Assembly: GCF_001194135.2 (NCBI RefSeq)
Contig: NC_068999.1
Span: 7,532,978 to 7,596,977, forward strand
Length of the DNA: 64,000 bases
Direction of reading: 5' to 3'
Source: Octopus bimaculoides
Taxonomy: Eukaryota
The notes under the pieces are model-generated. The model did not search any database. It saw only the letters and a list, made by a program, of their open reading frames with translations, and was not told where the DNA came from. The position numbers and the translations under genes are program-made. This document shows, one piece after another, positions 1 to 11,922 of the stretch. Within the stretch, counting starts at the first letter, position 1. Every line of letters begins with the position of its first letter.

Positions 1-445
1 AATCATGAGACATAAAATCATTTAAAAATTATCTCCATCAACAGTCTTCGTTAAACTTGTAAACAATTGAGTGATAAGTAATTATTTTTTTTTCTTTCAA
101 ACTTTTGTATTTCTATAATGATTATACTCACCTGTTTGTTTACCTGAAATTAATCAATGCTAATTATAGTTTGTTTTTAACTACTCATTAAATGCGTATG
201 CAGAACTTTGAAAGCTTTAGAACTTTTAAATTTCAAACTTGACACGTTATTCGATATTTTATTAATCAAATACAGAATTTAGCATATTACTGTAACTTTC
301 TATATAATCGTCTAAATATTATTGTACAGTGTCTGAAATAAATAGAAGTAAACGAAGGAAACATTTCTCTCAATAATTCATTAAATTATGTTGCCACATT
401 CACAATGAGTAGCGACAATCAAACCGATCATCTATTAATGCAAGA

Positions 446-496
446 GACTCTGTGACACCCGGTGTTTCGGCAACGTTGTCTCTCGTCAGCCAAAGG
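446..496 (-). ncRNA. Degenerate type I hammerhead-ribozyme-like motif
   Basis: Minus strand reads CCUUUGG-CUGACGA-GAGACAACGUUGCC-GAAA-CACCGGGU-GUC-ACAGAG. Both core boxes and a GUC triplet are present and stem III is 4 bp. Stem I has 5 pairs after a G.A mismatch and stem II is bulged. Confidence 0.4.
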
Positions 497-714
497 TACG
501 CGCGTCTATTGAATCTAGGAAGTGTTTGAAGATCTTTTTTATAACACCGGCAAGCAGAACTTGTGCTGGTCGTGCAGATAATGAATACAGTGTGTCATGA
601 TCGCACATTTGTCGTAAAGGAGAAATTGTTCTCCTGTAACGAAACACAGTAGCCATAAAGTATCTCTGGTCGGCCTATATATATTAAAAATATTGAAGAA
701 TACATACCCATCTC

Positions 715-1057
715 ATGATGCTGGTTTAAACAGTGTTTCGAAAACAGCTTTTCTCAACGTTCAACCCGTTAGAGTTGAAAATACATTGTCAGGAATCTTT
801 CAACAGTTGAGTATTTGGATGTTTCATTAGATCTAAATACCTCTTCATATAAGCCGTACCATAAAATTAATGAGAAATTAACATATATACATAGGCAGTT
901 CTGCCACCCTCCAGGCATGATTAAAAATCTAGTGGCAAATATTAGCAAAAGTGTGTCTGTCTGTCTTCCCCGCAAGAGAGGGTCTAATCTTTCCACCTCT
1001 AGGGAAAGTTTCGAGAAGGCTGCTCCATATTACAATGGAGAGTTAGCCAATTGAAGT
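715..1057 (+). mobile_element. Penelope-like element (PLE) reverse transcriptase C-terminal relic
   Basis: Translation VEYLDVSLDLNTSSYKPYHKINEKLTYIHRQFCHPPGMIKNL...FEKAAPYYN resembles the PLE RT thumb pattern FLDVTLNL...Y.PY.K.N....YI...SNHPP.IIKN...F.KA.P.YN (from recall). HDAGL upstream may be a decayed YRDDGL. Fragmentary. Confidence 0.7.
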
Positions 1058-1150
1058 TTATATGACGTCTTCTACCAATAATAATAGTAATGGGCATCGT
1101 GAAGTCCATGATAAAGTGCAACACCATAAAAAAATATTCTAAAAACAGAT

Positions 1151-1200
<50 letters not shown>

Positions 1201-1640
1201 AAGTCGTCTGCAGCCTTTTTTCCGAGACTACGTAATCTAATTGATGGGGACGGGGAATGAATAAGCTTGTTGCAATGGTAATAACATTGCTTTACCACAT
1301 CTTTCAGCAGATTAAAGGCCAAAAGTACCTGATGAAGCCATGCAACATCTCAAGGGGTTTAACTCTACGGAATTTACTAGTAGTTCGTGTCTGAGATGAT
1401 AAGGAGGCGGACAAGCATATGGTTGATTACAAGTATAGAGTAGTTGTAAGAAAATAAGATTGAAACCAACCTAGGAACGAAATCTTTTAGTATGTATGTT
1501 GAGAAATACATGAGTAATTATATCATTTCATTCTTTTGAAAACACTTTGTGAAATTATACTTTGAGGCAGTTCAATGTTGAAATCTACCGAATGATTTAA
1601 ATCAGCGTGGCTGTAACTTACAGAACTATGTTATTATATT

Positions 1641-1778
1641 TTAATCCCAGGTAAACATTTTTTCCAGTGGGTTAACGACAGACAACATGTGTCTGATATA
1701 CTGCGAGTAAGGGAGCTAACCACTCCCTTACTTGCAATATATCAGACACTAGTTGTATGTCTAACCAGCTAGGGTTAA
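1641..1778. mobile_element. Foldback MITE with TTAA flanks (piggyBac-like termini)
   Basis: 27-bp stem 1689-1715/1723-1749 (25 Watson-Crick pairs, 1 G.T, 1 mismatch) with a 7-nt loop and imperfect outer arms. Ends are TTAA|TCCCAGG and CTAGGG|TTAA. Confidence 0.55.
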
Positions 1779-2362
1779 AACGTAGTTTAACATCGTTTAA
1801 CATGGAACAGCCACACTGAAGTGGCAACAGACATTACTTTTCAGTAGAACAGGATATGTTGCATGAGTTAAATATTCCCACTGAAATCAAATCCAAATCT
1901 TTTCCCCACCTGAGATTTAAACTAAACTGAGAACCAATATAGGTACAATATTTTTTGAGAAATGATTCAGATGTCACACAGACCTTTTGCAAACACATTG
2001 TAAATCCGTACTATAAGACAATATACGATTGGAAATGTTATATAAAAACCGTAATGCGGTGAGAATTTGTAGTTCCTTCATATAAGCTATGAAAGGCTCT
2101 GTCACATTACATTACGTTACACACACTGGATGAATCAACATGAAAATGTTTATATTCTTCTATTCATTCCCCAGTTTGAATTTTTAATGTTTTATCACTG
2201 TACAGTTCTCTTATATTCTTCCTGAATATAGAGAAAGAAAATACAATTATTCGCCTTGTTAAAAGGGTAACACATCAACAAGCATGCGCATGAACGCATC
2301 CATGAGCAATCACACATATCTGCTTAAATATATGTATATATATATATATGCATATATATATA

Positions 2363-2420
<58 letters not shown>

Positions 2421-3500
2421 NNNNNNNNNNNNNNNNNNNNNNNNNNNNNNNNNNNNNNNNNNNNNNNNNNNNNNNNNNNNNNNNNNNNNNNNNNNNNNNN
2501 NNNNNNNNNNNNNNNNNNNNNNNNNNNNNNNNNNNNNNNNNNNNNNNNNNNNNNNNNNNNNNNNNNNNNNNNNNNNNNNNNNNNNNNNNNNNNNNNNNNN
2601 NNNNNNNNNNNNNNNNNNNNNNNNNNNNNNNNNNNNNNNNNNNNNNNNNNNNNNNNNNNNNNNNNNNNNNNNNNNNNNNNNNNNNNNNNNNNNNNNNNNN
2701 NNNNNNNNNNNNNNNNNNNNNNNNNNNNNNNNNNNNNNNNNNNNNNNNNNNNNNNNNNNNNNNNNNNNNNNNNNNNNNNNNNNNNNNNNNNNNNNNNNNN
2801 NNNNNNNNNNNNNNNNNNNNNNNNNNNNNNNNNNNNNNNNNNNNNNNNNNNNNNNNNNNNNNNNNNNNNNNNNNNNNNNNNNNNNNNNNNNNNNNNNNNN
2901 NNNNNNNNNNNNNNNNNNNNNNNNNNNNNNNNNNNNNNNNNNNNNNNNNNNNNNNNNNNNNNNNNNNNNNNNNNNNNNNNNNNNNNNNNNNNNNNNNNNN
3001 NNNNNNNNNNNNNNNNNNNNNNNNNNNNNNNNNNNNNNNNNNNNNNNNNNNNNNNNNNNNNNNNNNNNNNNNNNNNNNNNNNNNNNNNNNNNNNNNNNNN
3101 NNNNNNNNNNNNNNNNNNTATATATATATATATATGCATATATATATACATATATATAAATCTATGGATTTGTAGATAAGTATTAGAGAAAGAACTAGAT
3201 AATCATAAAGAAAAATAATAATCAGAGATATACTCTAAATAAATGATTTGTTTTTATCTCCGAGATACACTTTGATGGATTATATTTTAATTGAAGAACT
3301 GATGTGATGTAGTTGATAATCCCCAAAGGCCTTTACACATCTAACGTATCGCACTGATTTACCACTCAGAAATACTGATAAACAGAATCTCATGCAGTTT
3401 TAAGACAAGCTTTGGATTTGAGGCTTTTTCCTCTAGGTTTTATAGAAATGCTTTGAAATGTTCTTCTACGAATTCTACCTTTGATATCTGTCACATTGTG

Positions 3501-3557
<57 letters not shown>

Positions 3558-3781
3558 TTATTTATTTATTTATTTATTTATATATGTATTTATTTATTTG
3601 TGTGTATATGTGTGCGTGTATGCATAAGTATACATACATTCCTACATCCCATATAAGCCTATCTGTTTTTCTGTGTTGCACCCTACCTACCTACCTACCT
3701 ACCTACCTACTTCCCCACATACATACATACATACATACATACATACATACATACATACATACTATCTATATGTGTGTTTGC

Positions 3782-3817
<36 letters not shown>

Positions 3818-4709
3818 NNNNNNNNNNNNNNNNNNNNNNNNNNNNNNNNNNNNNNNNNNNNNNNNNNNNNNNNNNNNNNNNNNNNNNNNNNNNNNNNNNN
3901 NNNNNNNNNNNNNNNNNNNNNNNNNNNNNNNNNNNNNNNNNNNNNNNNNNNNNNNNNNNNNNNNNNNNNNNNNNNNNNNNNNNNNNNNNNNNNNNNNNNN
4001 NNNNNNNNNNNNNNNNNNNNNNNNNNNNNNNNNNNNNNNNNNNNNNNNNNNNNNNNNNNNNNNNNNNNNNNNNNNNNNNNNNNNNNNNNTATATATACAC
4101 ATACATACATACATACATATAATTGTCTGTGTGTGTTCGTATTGAGATAACGTGAGGGGAGAAGTATAGATAGTGACACACACATTCAGACTCACAAAAA
4201 CTCGTGCTCACACTCACCCATACACACGTGTGCGTTATTTGTTTGTATACGTGTACGCATGCATGTAGCGAATGCATTTAGACATAAATAAATTTATTGC
4301 CTTGAACCCTACTGCTACGAATATGCCTTCCTGGTTGATAACCTGTATAAAAATGGTAATTATTGAATATATACATAAATGCAAACACACACACACACAT
4401 AGATGTAGGTTTATATATGTTTATATTTGCTTATATGTGTGTAAGTGAGTCTGTGTATGTGTGTACGTTTGAAGCGAGCTCTCTCATTCAGATTGCTTAT
4501 CTCTAATGCTGAAGCAAACAGCTACTTGTATATATGGATTCTCGAGTTTAGATATCACATTTATTATTTAGCACGAAGGCAAGAGCTCTTGTCATAAGCT
4601 AAAATATTAAATGACACATAACTCTGAAGAAAAAAGTGTTCCTGCGGTTACGAAATATCGTGTGGGCGATCTTTGGGTTAGAATGTAAGAATGCGACTTC
4701 AATTGAAAT

Positions 4710-4745
<36 letters not shown>

Positions 4746-4762
4746 ATGTTGTNNNNNNNNNN

Positions 4763-4807
<45 letters not shown>

Positions 4808-4879
4808 TCTATATATATATATATATTTGTATATATTTATAAATATCTCTGTCTATCTATCTGTATTTATATATAACTG

Positions 4880-5021
4880 TATGGAAAGAAGCTGGCTTCC
4901 TAACTAAATGGTCAGGGGTTTAGTTCCACTGCATGGCATGGCATCTAGGCCAATTGTCTTCTATTATAGCCCCGAGCCGAACAAAGTCTTGAAAGTAAAT
5001 TTGGTAGACAGAAACGGAAAC
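4880..5021 (+). mobile_element. SINE family B, degenerate 5' half
   Basis: Similar to the 25800-26181 copy (…ttctattatagccccgagccgaacaaagtcttg…ggtagacagaaac); runs into (CA)n. Confidence 0.6.
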
Positions 5022-5044
5022 ACACACACAAACACACACACACA

Positions 5045-5131
5045 ATGAAAGAGAACAGCATGATTCGCCACCATACTGTTCCTGAGCCTTGTGGAGTTTT
5101 AGGTGTTTTCGTTCAATAAGCATTCACAACG
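5045..5131 (-). mobile_element. SINE family C internal fragment
   Basis: gaaagagaacagc…ttcgccacc…gtggagttttaggtgttttcgttcaataagcattcacaacg matches 31190-31272. Confidence 0.55.
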
Positions 5132-6072
5132 TGGAGAGAGACGTGAGATGGAGAGCCGCTGAAGAGGTCAGAAGATGTGTGACGAAAGATTTCTAGACAA
5201 AGGAGATAAAATAAGAACAATAATAAAACTGAAATTAAGAACCAATATACAGTGCGTGTGTTTATTTGGCAAAAAATATATGACCGTCCTGAAATATAAC
5301 AATACGTGAGTATGTATGTGTGTGTGTGTACGAATGTATGTATATGTATGTATTTATATTTACATGCATATATATATATATAGAGAGAGAGAGAGAGGGA
5401 GAGATGTACGTATATGTTGTTTGTACGATAGTGCATGTGACTTTACCGCGTGGTTCTATCAGTCCAGCGAGAATAGTAAACTGAAAAGCTGAAATGAAAT
5501 GTAAAAATAGTAAACATATCGCTGTCTGACACATAGACGTGTGAATTAATACAGAACGATATGTAAACAGACATATACAAACAACACAGACACACACACA
5601 CACACACACGCGCACACACACACATACTTACACACACACACACACACACATATATATACTGGAAAAATAATACAACAGACATTTAATTATTATCAAACAA
5701 AGTATCAAGATGTAGTTGTGTCCAGGTGACAGCAGTCTTCTCCAATCATTTATCAACACTTTTTTTTTCCACATAAATATTTATCCTTTGTTTTGTTTTC
5801 ATTCTTAATTATCATTTCAACGCTTAACACATTTGAAAGTGTAGCTGTCAGAAGTTGATTTTATTTATTATACCCTTTCCTTGATATTATTTATTCTGAT
5901 ACACATTTAAAAGCCAGTTCAAGACAAAGAGCAGTAAACCACCTGGCCTTCCTATCCTCGAGACTAACATCAACGTCTCTATTGTTTACCGAAAGATCTA
6001 GATCGAGACTCGTGTGTTAGCCTGTTGCATTGTTCTGATTCATATCGTATTGTAATATCTATGACCATATTA

Positions 6073-6422
6073 CTATGAATCCAGTTGATTTGTAGATGCC
6101 GAATCGCTTCTTTTTCGAGAGTTCCCTGGCATGGCTACCTTACTATGAGCTGGGATAGGTATTGCCTGTTGTATTGAAGTTCTGTAAGGAACGAGTAAGT
6201 CATCAGCCGAATCAAGGTAACTATTCCCATTGTGCACAGCTCGCCAAAAACGGCCTCTACGCAATCTTTCAGAGTTCTTGTCTAACAAACTTTTGAGCTT
6301 GTGGCGCACATCTGTTGTGGCATGTGGAATGGATTCAGCAATCCGCAATGCCGCTATTGAGCTGTTCTGAACTGAGGGCCAGACTCCTTCGACACGGTAA
6401 AAATGGTTGATAACTTCGATGT
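6073..6422 (-). CDS. Probable 3'-terminal coding exon of an unidentified protein (phase-1 acceptor; upstream exons not identified)
   Basis: Acceptor cttttctttctttaatgcttctacatAG|AC (AG at 6424-6423), then 2 nt plus 116 codons to TAG at 6075-6073: xIEVINHFYRVEGVWPSVQNSSIAALRIAESIPHATTDVRHKLKSLLDKNSERLRRGRFWRAVHNGNSYLDSADDLLVPYRTSIQQAIPIPAHSKVAMPGNSRKRSDSASTNQLDS*. Non-repetitive, roughly 45% GC by hand count in an AT-rich context. An in-frame stop lies just upstream of the acceptor, and AATAAA is at 5895-5890. Confidence 0.6.
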
Positions 6423-6495
6423 CTATGTAGAAGCATTAAAGAAAGAAAAGCGATATCGATCCGAGAACAAAGGTACACAATTTATATATGTATTA

Positions 6496-6695
6496 TTTTA
6501 TTCTTTTACTTGTTTCAATCATTTGATTGTGGTCATGCTGGAGCACGTCCTTTTTTCGAAAAAGGTTATATATATATATGAACACATCAAAACCAGTCGT
6601 CAAGCAGTGGGCGTTGCGGGTGGGTGGGCAAACACAGACACAAAGTCTCACACATACGTAAATATATAAATATATATACAAATATAAATATATAT

Positions 6696-6738
<43 letters not shown>

Positions 6739-6902
6739 CACACATACGTATATATGACAGTTTCCTTTCAATTTCCGTTTACCAAATCCACTCACAAGCC
6801 TTTGTAGATGAAGACACTTGCCAAAGGTGCCACGCAGCGGGACGGAACCCGGAAATATGTGGTTGAGAAGAAAGCTTGTTACCAAAATACCACGCCGGTG
6901 CC
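6496..6902 (-). mobile_element. SINE family B, near full length with internal deletion and central (CA)n
   Basis: Tail ttttattcttttacttgtttcaatcatttgattgtggtcatgctggagcac and head gacacttgccaaaggtgccacgcagcgggacggaacccggaa…gtggttg match other B copies. Confidence 0.8.
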
Positions 6903-7069
6903 TGTATGCATAAAATTCCAAAAGAGAAGGGAAGACTTATTCAAAAGGAATTTGGATAAGCATTCTAAGAATTGATTAACCGTTATGCTACAGCGTTCGA
7001 ATATGTGAAATAGTAATTTCTCAATACATACCTACCCGCACGTGAGCATACACACGAACACACACACAT

Positions 7070-7142
<73 letters not shown>

Positions 7143-7456
7143 AACACACACAAACACACACACACACACACAAACACACACTCGCATTCACGCACAAACA
7201 CATACACATGAAATGATTATTATATTTATATACATACATAATCCTCAGCGCACACATACTGAATCATATATGAACCTGAAGAGAAATTTCATTACTATCT
7301 TAAAATTGAGTTCATACGTATCATTGATTCCCAACGTAATATATAGCAGTACGATATACACTGGATTTTCAATTGTAATTCAAAATTTTATATTGCTCTG
7401 ATCTCTACAACAAATAAGCTCTTCATATCTATATATGTACATGCTTGCCTACATGC

Positions 7457-7504
<48 letters not shown>

Positions 7505-8343
7505 CTATATATTTACATCTCTCTATCTATCAAGGGATCTATCTATCACTGTCTATCTTTCTGTGTTTGTGTAAAACCCCAGAGGGCAGCTCGCCAAATA
7601 TAAAATGCTGCAAAACATTCAAATGATATTCTTAAAATGATATAATAATATGTACGGATTAGTGTGTGTGTATGTGACAGTGTGTCGGTGTCTGTGGCTA
7701 CTGTGTGTGTATGTATGTATTTGTCTCTCTGTGTCCTTCTCTGTGTGTGTCTACCACTTTGAGCGTCTGTTTCTGTTTGTTTTTAACCTATATATTTACT
7801 TTTGTGCGTGAAAGTGTACGCCCGTCTGCCTTTCCCATTGTCTGTCTGTGTGTTTGTTTGTTTCGTATGACCGACCTCCTCGAAAATATTCTTAAGTTTA
7901 CTCGAGATAATTATATATCGTTTATTTTTTCCCTACATATTGATTGACATAAAATTGTCTCCATGGGCGATCACGGTTTGTTTTGACAGGTCCGTAGTTC
8001 TTAGGGCAAAGGGTGGATCAAGTTCGCGATCTCATTATTGTGTGACCAAAATGTTTTCTGTAAAGAATTTAATAAGAAAATTCCTTTACTGCAAATCTAG
8101 AAATATCTTCTTAAATTAATTCATACATTCTATATTGTGCTCCATTAAACACCGACTTACACAACACACACACACACACACACAGACACGCGCGCGCACG
8201 CACACGCGCACACACACACACGCGCGCGCACACACACGCGCACACACACACACACACACGCGCACACACACGCGCACACACACACACACACACGCGCGCA
8301 CACACACACACATAGACACACACATACGCGCGCACACAGGCAT

Positions 8344-8747
8344 AAGGACAGACAAAGGGATTAAGTCGATTACATTGACCACAGTGTGCAACTGGTACTT
8401 AATTTATCTACCCCGAAAGATGAAAGGCAAAGTCGACCTCGGCAGAATTTGAACTCAGAACGTAATGGCAGACGAAATATCGCTAAGCATTTCTTCCGGC
8501 GTGTTAACGTTTCTTATTTCTTTATTGCCCGCAAGGGGCTAAACATAGAGGGAACAAACAAGGACAGACAAAGGGATTAAGTCGATTACATCGACCACAG
8601 TGCGCAACTGGCACTTAATTTATCGACCCCGATAGGACGAAAGGCAAAGTCGACCTCGGCGGAATTTGAACTCAGAACGTAAAGACAGACGAAATACCGC
8701 TAAGCATTTCTCCCGGCGTGCTAACGTTTCTGCCAGTTCGCCGCCTT
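8344..8747 (-). mobile_element. SINE family A head-to-tail dimer (8344-8513 and 8511-8747)
   Basis: Two consecutive copies of …gaaaggcaaagtcgacctcggcggaatttgaactcagaacgta…gacgaaataccgctaagcattt. The head has a B-box-like GAGTTCAAATTCC on the minus strand. Confidence 0.9.
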
Positions 8748-9160
8748 GACAGACGCATTAATGTCTATCATGGGAGGGAACTAACGCAAGGCGATCCATC
8801 CGACCCTTTATTTCTGACAGGTCAGAGACAATGCCATTGATTTCCTCGTCACACCGTCAAAATATTCTGAACATGCGTTTTATATTCACCTGCATTCATT
8901 TTAATTCCTTCGTTGTTTCTGGTCTTTCTCAAAGCTTCTCAGGTATTTTTCATGAGTTTCTTTGATCTCTTACATTGTGTTTAATCCGTCAACAAGTTTT
9001 TCTTGCTAATGCCTTTCTTAGCATATCATTTTCTAATCTCCTTTTTAGTTTACATTCGAGTTGCTTTCTTTAATCAATTTCTGCATTATTTCTATTTTCT
9101 AATCGCCGGTGTGCAGTAAATCTATCTGTTTCTGTTTCGTAATGGTTGCGTCATATATAG

Positions 9161-9330
9161 TTTACTTGTTTCAATCATTGGATTACAGCTATCCTCTGCA
9201 TCGCCTTGACAGAATGCCAGTACTTATTTATTGTAACGAAGCCTTTAATTTCTTTTGCCGAACCGTTAATTTACGAGCACATCAACAAATCAACGGCGGC
9301 TATCAAGCGATGGAGACAAAACACAGACAC
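9161..9330 (-). mobile_element. SINE family B, degenerate 3' half
   Basis: tttacttgtttcaatcatt…cttttgccgaaccg…tcaagcgatgg…cacagacac. Confidence 0.65.
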
Positions 9331-9364
9331 ACACATATGTATGTATATATGGCTGTATGTATGC

Positions 9365-9416
<52 letters not shown>

Positions 9417-9469
9417 GTGTATGTGTGTGTGTGTACACATACACATACATATATGTATATATAGAAGGA

Positions 9470-10413
9470 TACGAGGGGATACCTAAAAGAAACCGGAATT
9501 TTGCAATATTATTTTATTCATATAGTTTTACATGTTTATACTTTTATCGCCTTTTAATGAAGCAATGCACCGGTCCAGGCACGTTTGCCACTGTTCAAAG
9601 CAGTGATGGAGCTCTTGGGAAGTGGTGCTTTTTAACGGCTCTGTCGTTTTTGTACTTCACCTCTTCCATATCTGCAAATTCCGTAGCACCAGCTTTCATC
9701 TCCAGTGATGGCCTTCGATAGACGGTCCGGATCAACTTCTACCTGTTCCTTCAGTTCACGAAACGCATTCAGTCGTGACTGCTTTTGATCTTCAGTGCGC
9801 AAGCGAGACACAAATTTTGCTGAAACTTTTTTCATTCACCAATCTCCACTCAAAATTCGTTGGCAGGCATATCAAGTTCGTCCACTGTTCGTCGACGGTT
9901 CTCCAACATCAGTTCATGAATTTTTCTGTTGTTTTCATTCGTGCGGGGGAGGGAGTTGACGGTCAAGCGACAAGTGACCTCCTCACACATACACGAATAT
10001 ATATATGTCTCTAGTCAACTTGACTTGGAATGACATTGCTTCCCTTGGAATTGCATTGCTTCTAGATTCACAAACGAAGAAAATATCCGTGAAAACCACT
10101 CATAAACTTGTGTTTTTCTCATGGCAGCGCCCTTGTAAGCTGTTTAAAGTATGACAACTGTTTCGACCGCCGTTTTCCCCAGAAGAAAACAAATTTCACG
10201 GAAGCATGGTGTTCTATCGTTTCAGCCATCGCAAAAATCGACGAACAGGGGTGAAGCACTGCCAAGCGAAGACAGACCACATGACAGCACGACCTCAGAC
10301 CACGATGGCGGTCGGTAGACTGATGCCTGAGATCTGCATCAAGTGGCATCTAGTCTGAACTACAACTAGTTTGTTCCACAGAGAACGTTTCAAGCTACCT
10401 TTGCGTACCTCCT

Positions 10414-10417
<4 letters not shown>
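9470..10417 (-). mobile_element. Internally deleted mariner (DD34D family) transposon with decayed transposase
   Basis: TIRs tacgaggggatacctaaaagaaaccggaa (9470) and its degenerate inverse ending at 10417 (19/29 match), with TA ends. Frameshifted ORF from ATG at 10229: MAETIEHHASVKF..LLGKTAVETVVIL*TAYKGAAMRKTQVYEWF; MKKVSAKFVSRL..QKQSR..DPDRLSKAITGDESWCYG; then it jumps directly to the C-terminal EEVKYKTTE..CFEQWQTCLDRCIAS. Confidence 0.9.
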
Positions 10418-10458
<41 letters not shown>

Positions 10459-10739
10459 TTCGTTCTAATCGGCGTTAGCTCGTATCTAAATAGTTGATCT
10501 CTAGTAGATGTGTAGTCATTGTTAATTGAGTCTCTTCATGTTAATGAGTGCGGAGAGTGACAATGCATAAGGTGACTGCTCAGGTCAAGGGTCGTATAAA
10601 GGAGCTGAGGGTATTTATCACAGGGAAGTGTTGGTGGGGTGGGGTGGAATTGCAGGTCGCCCTTTGCGTTTCGACGTCTGGTCTATGCCACTTGGCCTTT
10701 GTTATTTTCCATCTGTTAGTTTCCATCGATTTAAATTCA

Positions 10740-10860
10740 CTTACAAGGCTTAAGTCATCCAGGGACAATATTAAAACACACCTGCCAAGGGTGCCGCACA
10801 GTTGAAATGAACCTGACACCGCAAGGTTTTGGAAGAAAACTTTTAATCTCACGGTCATGT
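10740..10860 (-). mobile_element. SINE family B, very degenerate 5' part
   Basis: cacttacaaggc…acacacctgccaagggtgccgcacagttgaaatgaacc resembles the B head. Confidence 0.45.
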
Positions 10861-11558
10861 TTATGAAACTCAAACAACTAGATTTTCACAATAAATTCGA
10901 CTTAATATTTGTATAGAGTGACACCAGCTGTAATTGTTTCATATTTTATTCTTAAAAGAGGTTTACAACGAGAAACATTATTTTAACATTTATACAAAAT
11001 TTTACATTAAATCTCAATAAATATTGTAGTCATCATATTATAGATACATTATAGTATTTTTGTAGTTGAAGTATTTATACTGCAGGAATATTCGTACTGA
11101 ATATATTCATGTTATGCGTAGGTGTAAAGTCGCTACAATCTAAATACAAATATATTCTTTGTTTTCCTTTCTCGTGTTACTAATTCATTCCACTTACTAG
11201 AAAACGCCAGTGCCAGAAGAAACAAATATGCCTATGTATTTATATACATACAAATGTACGTACATAAAAGATCATATATGTGTATATATACATATATNNN
11301 NNNNNNNNNNNNNNNNNNNNNNNNNNNNNNNNNNNNNNNNNNNNNNNNNNNNNNNNNNNNNNNNNNNNNNNNNNNNNNNNNNNNNNNNNNNNNNNNNNNN
11401 NNNNNNNNNNNNNNNNNNNNNNNNNNNNNNNNNNNNNNNNNNNNNNNNNNNNNNNNNNNNNNNNNNNNNNNNNNNNNNNNNNNNNNNNNNNNNNNNNNNN
11501 NNNNNNNNNNNNNNNNNNNNNNNNNNNNNNNNNNNNNNNNATATATATATATATAAAC

Positions 11559-11850
11559 TGGCACTCCATCGCTTACGATGACGCGGGTTCCAGTTGATCT
11601 GATCAATTGAACAGTTGGTTCGTGAGATTAACGTACATGTAGCTGAGCACTCGACAGACACGCGTACCCCTTCACATACTTCTCAGGGGGATTCAGCGTG
11701 ACACAGAATGTGACAAGGCTGACCTCTTGAAATACGGGTACTTCTCATTTTTTTGCCAACTGAGTGAACTGGAGCAACGTGAAATAAAGTGTCTTGCTCA
11801 AGGACATAACACGCTGCCGGGAATCGAACCTGAAACCCTGCGATCGCGAT
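11559..11850 (-). mobile_element. SINE with the family-C 3' tail but a different 5' body
   Basis: 11559-11735 matches the tail of 30973-31349. The 5' part reads (minus) …ttcgattcccggcagcgtgttatgtccttgagcaagacactttatttcacgttgctccagttcactcag, unlike the C body. Confidence 0.75.
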
Positions 11851-11856
11851 TCGTTA

Positions 11857-11922
11857 ACCGGGCATTTCATTGTGACCTTGAGCAAAGCACTTCATAAACC
11901 GTACTTCTAATCCACTTAGCTA
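11857..11922 (+). mobile_element. Opposite-orientation fragment of the same SINE body
   Basis: accgggc…tgtgaccttgagcaaagcactt…aatccacttagct resembles the inverse of 11760-11820. Confidence 0.45.

Noticed and set aside
5156-5198. CTGAAGA-G-GTCA…TGAC-GAAA-GATTTCTA hammerhead-like string
   Set aside because: Core boxes and stem II are present, but no stem I pairing is possible with the flanks. May be chance or a dead copy.
7937-8057. 121-nt minus-strand segment with AG/GT borders near the terminal exon
   Set aside because: All three frames contain stops. The single-TGA frame has no selenoprotein-like motif or visible SECIS support.
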